DNA from: a virus
Taxonomy: Duplodnaviria > Caudoviricetes
Virus record (IMG/VR): IMGVR_UViG_3300049479_000276
Location: 1 to 58,510 of that record
DNA: 58,510 nt
Direction: 5' to 3' (one strand)
Below are positions 54,723-58,510 of the stretch, piece by piece. Each line of letters opens with the position of its first letter. Within the stretch, counting starts at the first letter, position 1. The position numbers and the translations under genes are program-made. A model generated the notes under the pieces. It did no database searches, had not been told where the DNA came from, and saw only the letters and a list, made by a program, of their open reading frames with translations.

Positions 54723-55265
54723 TTAGTCTTGGGTTAAATTGATTTGATTGAGGCGAGCAAACTCACCAAAGTGTAACAAAGCAGCTTGGTTATAAGCCAA
54801 GGCTGCTTCTTCTTGTGTTGCGTACACACCAATGTGTTTGAATTGTTTATCAACACGAATGGATGCACGCCATCGACCAGTCGCTTTAATTAAACAGACA
54901 CCTTTGTAAATGCTGCTTGTGTTTTTGCGACCGTTACGATTATGTGAGTTTTGTAATTTAGTAGCCAATCGCAATGGTTTGTTGTTGTCTTTGTCATTGT
55001 GTATATGATCTACAAACATATCCCCTGGATCGGAGCCATGTTGTAGTGCATACACAATTCGATGAGCCATGTAATCCACCGCTTTACCTTGATACTTCCA
55101 GCGAACACGCCAGTAATGATCTTTAGTACGTTGAACACCTGCAACAGAGTTAGCTTTGGTCCAAGCACTTGGCGCTTTAAGCCAACGTAAACCACTAGGA
55201 GATGTTGTATCTAGATAAAACATTTGTTGCAAGTAGTCAACAGGTGGAAGTGGCCTAGGTTTCAT
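54723..55265 (-). mobile_element. HNH-AP2 homing endonuclease gene
   Basis: YMAHRIVY...VDHIHNDKDNN..LRLAT..QN..N...SSIYKGV...RWRASI...EEAALAYN. Confidence 0.9.
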
Positions 55266-55291
55266 TGCATGGTGTTGTGTGGTAGTTGGAA

Positions 55292-55318
55292 AGGCAGTTT
55301 AACGTCATGCCCAGGACG
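55292..55318 (-). ncRNA. Leader pseudoknot family 1, copy 5
   Basis: cgtc-ct-gggca-t-gacg-ttaaac-tgcct. Confidence 0.75.
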
Positions 55319-55323
55319 ATTGG

Positions 55324-55476
55324 TTAGTACAGTTCTTCGTACTGTTCGATGGTATATGTACCGGTCGGTGTCATAACTGGCATGCGTTTAGCAAAGCCAG
55401 TTGCCAAGTACACTCGACCCTTAGGACCACGTAGTACAAAGTACCAACGCTTGAACTCAATTGAAAAACCAATCAT
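55324..55476 (-). CDS. Small hypothetical protein (50 aa)
   Basis: MIGFSIEFKRWYFVLRGPKGRVYLATG...; ATGA-coupled. Confidence 0.45.
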   Translation of the reverse strand: MIGFSIEFKRWYFVLRGPKGRVYLATGFAKRMPVMTPTGTYTIEQYEELY

Positions 55477-55733
55477 GAGTCTAAATCGTAGTCAGAGGTG
55501 TCAACGAGTTGCCAGTGAGGATCGAGGTCATCAAGATAGCTACAGAAGCCATCTTCGTCAAGAGGAATCGGTTCCTCTGGATCCAGTTCAATAGTTGCCT
55601 GACACAATGCAGGAGCCCATTCTTCAGGGTCAAAGCGAGTTGCCCGATAGAGCAGGCGCATGTCGTCAACAACTGCTGTAACTGTGACATGAGTGTCAGT
55701 GAATAATGTATGTTCGATTGCAAGTACTGTCAT
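55473..55733 (-). CDS. Hypothetical protein
   Basis: VTAVVDDM...DPEEWAPALC. Confidence 0.55.
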   Translation of the reverse strand: MTVLAIEHTLFTDTHVTVTAVVDDMRLLYRATRFDPEEWAPALCQATIELDPEEPIPLDEDGFCSYLDDLDPHWQLVDTSDYDLDS

Positions 55734-55918
55734 CAGTCTTCGTCGATGTAGGAATAAGTGGAATACTTGACAAGGCGGTACTTCATCCACAGACGTGCTG
55801 TGTCGTACTCGCCTTCAAATCGTGTTGAATCCAACACATTTGCTGCTGCTCTGCGTCGTGCGCAGGCAGCAAGGTTAATGCGATCAAACAAGTTGATGTT
55901 TTCGGTAATAGCAGACAT
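55733..55918 (-). CDS. Hypothetical protein
   Basis: 61-aa ORF behind a family-2 motif. Confidence 0.5.
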   Translation of the reverse strand: MSAITENINLFDRINLAACARRRAAANVLDSTRFEGEYDTARLWMKYRLVKYSTYSYIDED

Positions 55919-55942
55919 GAGTTGAGTTGAGGTAGTGGACAG

Positions 55943-56004
55943 GATCTGGGACTTACACCTACGGCTTGGTCCTGGACGCGGCGTTGCTTTCAGATGCCCA
56001 GATC
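55943..56004 (-). ncRNA. Leader motif family 2
   Basis: gatctggg-CA-t...gt-GTAAGT-cccagatc. Confidence 0.65.
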
Positions 56005-56176
56005 TTTAATTACTCCAGAGATCAATCTCTTCTTCTAATTCTTCTTCGGTGAGAAGACAAACAACTATATTGAGGAAACCTTCAATACATCCTGGATCTT
56101 TGTGAACAGCATTCATTATTTTTAGAATAAGGTTCTGTTCTTTTTCGTAACGCTCAAGATTAATCGTCATGATTCT

Positions 56177-56371
56177 TTAGATTAGCTTAATGTTTGGTAG
56201 GCTTACGCCTGTGCCGGGGATACCAATAGTACCACGAACGCCAGACGCACGTGCGTTGAGTGTTACTTGGAATAGACCAAGCTTAATTGATTTACTGTAC
56301 GAGCGCACACCGCGCTCGGTAATGTTAAATCCTCCGATAGTTTTGTCAAAACTTACGTGTGATTTCTTCAT
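56177..56371 (-). CDS. DUF4236-like protein
   Basis: YSKSIKLGLFQVTLNA..GVRGTIGIPGTGVS. Confidence 0.6.
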   Translation of the reverse strand: MKKSHVSFDKTIGGFNITERGVRSYSKSIKLGLFQVTLNARASGVRGTIGIPGTGVSLPNIKLI

Positions 56372-56373
56372 GA

Positions 56374-56583
56374 TTACTTAAGATCCTCTGGCATTAATGC
56401 ATTGATGTCATTGTCGTCTGTCATGTTGGTCATGACAAACTTCTCTCCGTTAGGTGAAATGAATCCACCAATGAATCCAATGCCATGTCTCTCAGCAGAT
56501 TCCTTCATCTTGGCAACAAGTTGCATAGCTTGAAGTCTTTGCATATCCACAGAGTCTGGTATGCGAGGAGTGTTGTCAGTCAT
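56374..56583 (-). CDS. Hypothetical protein
   Basis: 69-aa ORF. Confidence 0.5.
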   Translation of the reverse strand: MTDNTPRIPDSVDMQRLQAMQLVAKMKESAERHGIGFIGGFISPNGEKFVMTNMTDDNDINALMPEDLK

Positions 56584-56735
56584 GGGTTGAGATGAGTTGA
56601 TTAACGATGTAAGTCTACCAGGTGATGCAAGGACTGGGACATAAGTATGTCCTATATAAATCCAAGGATTCCCTGGTTCTCCACCGGGGGAGTGTGAGGG
56701 GGAAGTACTTGTGTACTAATCCCCCTAGCTGGTTG

Positions 56736-57011
56736 TTACCGATGCATCTCCTGGTGTTCTTTCCATGCAGCACTGTGCATTTCATTCATCGTCATGGGTG
56801 GTTCACCAGGTTCGTTGGGTGTTGGATCGTAGTCAATGATCTCTTCAAGCAAGCCGATTGCTTCTTGAACAACATCATTGTCCCCTGGGACTAAATGTTC
56901 ATCCATTTGATGACGCTTTGATTCACGCTCAATGACAGCTTTGAGTATGTCCAAAGCTTCTTGCAGTTGTTGATACTCGTTCTTCTTCCAGTTGATTTCA
57001 GGGTAGGACAT
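56736..57011 (-). CDS. Hypothetical protein
   Basis: YDPTP..GEPPMTMNEMHSAAWKEH. Confidence 0.55.
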   Translation of the reverse strand: MSYPEINWKKNEYQQLQEALDILKAVIERESKRHQMDEHLVPGDNDVVQEAIGLLEEIIDYDPTPNEPGEPPMTMNEMHSAAWKEHQEMHR

Positions 57012-57042
57012 GGTTGATCTGGAGTTGAGGTTGATGTAAAAC

Positions 57043-57081
57043 CTGGGACTTACGCACCGTACTTACGTAGGTGCTGCCCAG
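57043..57081 (-). ncRNA. Leader motif family 2
   Basis: ctggg-CA-gcacc...ggtgc-GTAAGT-cccag. Confidence 0.65.
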
Positions 57082-57159
57082 AATTGAGGCTATGACTGAA
57101 GTATTGGCATGTATTCGCTATTTGCGAATAACAAACAATATTAAGTATAAATACTTACG

Positions 57160-57402
57160 TCACGCTTCCTTAGGTGCAAGCATGATCCATCCAGTGTAGT
57201 TATCACTGGTTCTGTCTACACGTATCAATCCGTACTCTTCTAGTCTCACCAATGCTTGGAGATATTGCTCAAGCCTGGAGCTTTGCGCCGCAAGCTTAGG
57301 TACAAAGCATGGTGTGTTCCCATACTTCTTCTTGTGATTCAAGAAGTATGCATAAAGATTGCGTTGGTTGATACTAAGTGATGGCGTTGCAGTTGCTTGC
57401 AT
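57160..57402 (-). CDS. Small winged-helix-like protein
   Basis: LSINQRNLY...QALVRLEEYGLIRVDR. Confidence 0.5.
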   Translation of the reverse strand: MQATATPSLSINQRNLYAYFLNHKKKYGNTPCFVPKLAAQSSRLEQYLQALVRLEEYGLIRVDRTSDNYTGWIMLAPKEA

Positions 57403-57405
57403 TGA

Positions 57406-57774
57406 TCAGCAGTAGTACGGACGGGATTCAGGGTAAGCCTTAGCTAGTTTGTTGGAGAAACAAATGTCGATATTGGATCGAGTTGTTGTATCTCCAAGAG
57501 ACGGCTGCCCTTCGATCTCGTACTCTTCGAAGTACTTGACGTAGGTTTGGATCGCTTGCCTCTTGGAGAAGATGCAGTGGCTAACAAGAGGTTCCCCTTG
57601 GGTGTAGTACCAACCTCCTTCTTCTGGTCCGCCGTACCTGAGGCAGGTTTCGTGGACCGTGACGACCGTTGGGTCTTCGTGTTCGAAATACTTGTGCGTG
57701 TTGTAAGCGTTGATTGCGAAGCGGGCTTTGTAAGACTTGGGGTAGAACTTCTTGAGTTCTGAGATGTAAGACAT
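57406..57774 (-). CDS. Hypothetical protein
   Basis: RYGGPEEGGWYY...RPYYC; recurrent phage motif. Confidence 0.6.
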   Translation of the reverse strand: MSYISELKKFYPKSYKARFAINAYNTHKYFEHEDPTVVTVHETCLRYGGPEEGGWYYTQGEPLVSHCIFSKRQAIQTYVKYFEEYEIEGQPSLGDTTTRSNIDICFSNKLAKAYPESRPYYC

Positions 57775-57861
57775 GATGCAAACTCCGTGATGATGATTGA
57801 AATGATCGCAATCAGGATGACGATGATGTCACCGTCATCCCATGCTTGACGTAGTGTGTAC

Positions 57862-58044
57862 TTAGGCTTGGTCATCGTACTCCTCAGTGTTATGTACACT
57901 AAAGCCAATAAAATTGCCATGGTCATCTTCGATGAGTGACCATTGTGATTGCATTGATTCACGCATGGCTTCTTGTTCTTCTTCGAACTGATCAGCCATT
58001 GCATCAAGCAAGTCAGCGTTGTAGTTGGGATCGAGTTCAGTCAT
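57862..58044 (-). CDS. Acidic hypothetical protein
   Basis: 60-aa ORF behind a family-2 motif. Confidence 0.5.
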   Translation of the reverse strand: MTELDPNYNADLLDAMADQFEEEQEAMRESMQSQWSLIEDDHGNFIGFSVHNTEEYDDQA

Positions 58045-58071
58045 TGTTTGGATTGAATAGATGAACAGTAA

Positions 58072-58129
58072 AACCTGGGACTTACACCACTGTTATTGAG
58101 AAGCGTTCTCAATTGTGGATGCCCAGGTT
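58072..58129 (-). ncRNA. Leader motif family 2
   Basis: aacctggg-CA-t-ccac...gtgg-t-GTAAGT-cccaggtt. Confidence 0.65.
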
Positions 58130-58136
58130 ATTGGAG

Positions 58137-58484
58137 TTACTTCATGTAAAGATATGATCCGGCCCAGTCGGCATTGTGTAGGCAGGTCTCAAATGATACG
58201 TCATCAAGCAAGTTGTAACGTACATGCTTGGCCGGTGCCTTCCACGATGCTGGTTTAAATACAGCACCTGATTGTCTGTGGACAAAGGCATGAACACTGC
58301 CTTCGTAACTACCAAGACTGTTACGTCTGATGTTACGTTGGATGATCTTGTAATACTTGTTGCCACGTACGAGGTCAAACTCGATGCCAAGTTCTCCGTA
58401 CTGTTTGTGGTACTTTTCAAGCAGCTTATCAATCAAAGCATTGATACGTGCTTCGAGAACTTGAGTGTGTTCAGCGAGCTTCAT
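58137..58484 (-). CDS. Conserved cyanophage early protein
   Basis: KYYKI...SVHAFV...GAVFKPASWKAPAKHVRYNLL...ADWAGSYLY. Confidence 0.7.
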   Translation of the reverse strand: MKLAEHTQVLEARINALIDKLLEKYHKQYGELGIEFDLVRGNKYYKIIQRNIRRNSLGSYEGSVHAFVHRQSGAVFKPASWKAPAKHVRYNLLDDVSFETCLHNADWAGSYLYMK

Positions 58485-58510
58485 TAGTTTTCTCCTGGGT
58501 AGGTTGAGGA

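Noticed and set aside
55292-55318. Family-1 pseudoknot as a pistol ribozyme (P1 plus UAAA linker resemblance)
   Set aside because: The pseudoknot closes immediately after TAAAC; no P2/P3 or GU cleavage-site core follows
56633-56665. ctgggacataag as another family-2 copy
   Set aside because: Lacks GACTTAC and the closing tgcccag
57444-58007. 187-aa ORF spanning several early genes
   Set aside because: Mostly an off-frame Ser/Thr/Lys-rich overlap with 57406..57774; only a short TM segment near 57780-57875 might be real
58095-58113. attgagaagcgttctcaat as a Fur-like operator
   Set aside because: Single imperfect instance that also serves as the inner hairpin of a family-2 element; not separately supportable
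1-58510. CRISPR array, integrase, reverse transcriptase/DGR, rRNA
   Set aside because: No regularly spaced repeats and no recognisable tyrosine/serine recombinase, RT or rRNA signatures were found by eye

Overview
A 58.5-kb segment of a tailed cyanophage genome, probably infecting freshwater Synechococcus/Cyanobium. The host call is inferred from the nblA-, hli-, CP12-, dps- and DUF4278-like genes. The left third (mostly + strand) is late/structural/lysis: four peptidoglycan hydrolase genes, two tail-fibre-like genes and putative internal virion proteins, almost all preceded by -10-only promoter hexamers. The right two-thirds (mostly - strand) hold replication and metabolism genes (Prim-Pol/D5 primase-helicase, T7-like PolA, SSB, exonuclease, ThyX, SpeD, GT4 glycosyltransferase), several homing endonucleases, two tRNAs and many small early genes; dcd lies in a - strand block within the left third. 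The most striking signals are at RNA level. (1) A ~420-nt highly structured ncRNA candidate directly upstream of tRNA-Pro. (2) Five covarying H-type pseudoknots, four of them exactly 21 nt upstream of an AUG. (3) A second dispersed leader motif, GG-CA-[variable hairpin]-GUAAGY-CC. (4) Hairpins that bury start codons of lysin and other genes, with -10 boxes placed to relieve them. (5) A 40-aa mini-CP12 missed by the ORF track. All family assignments are from motif recognition by eye; no searches were run.
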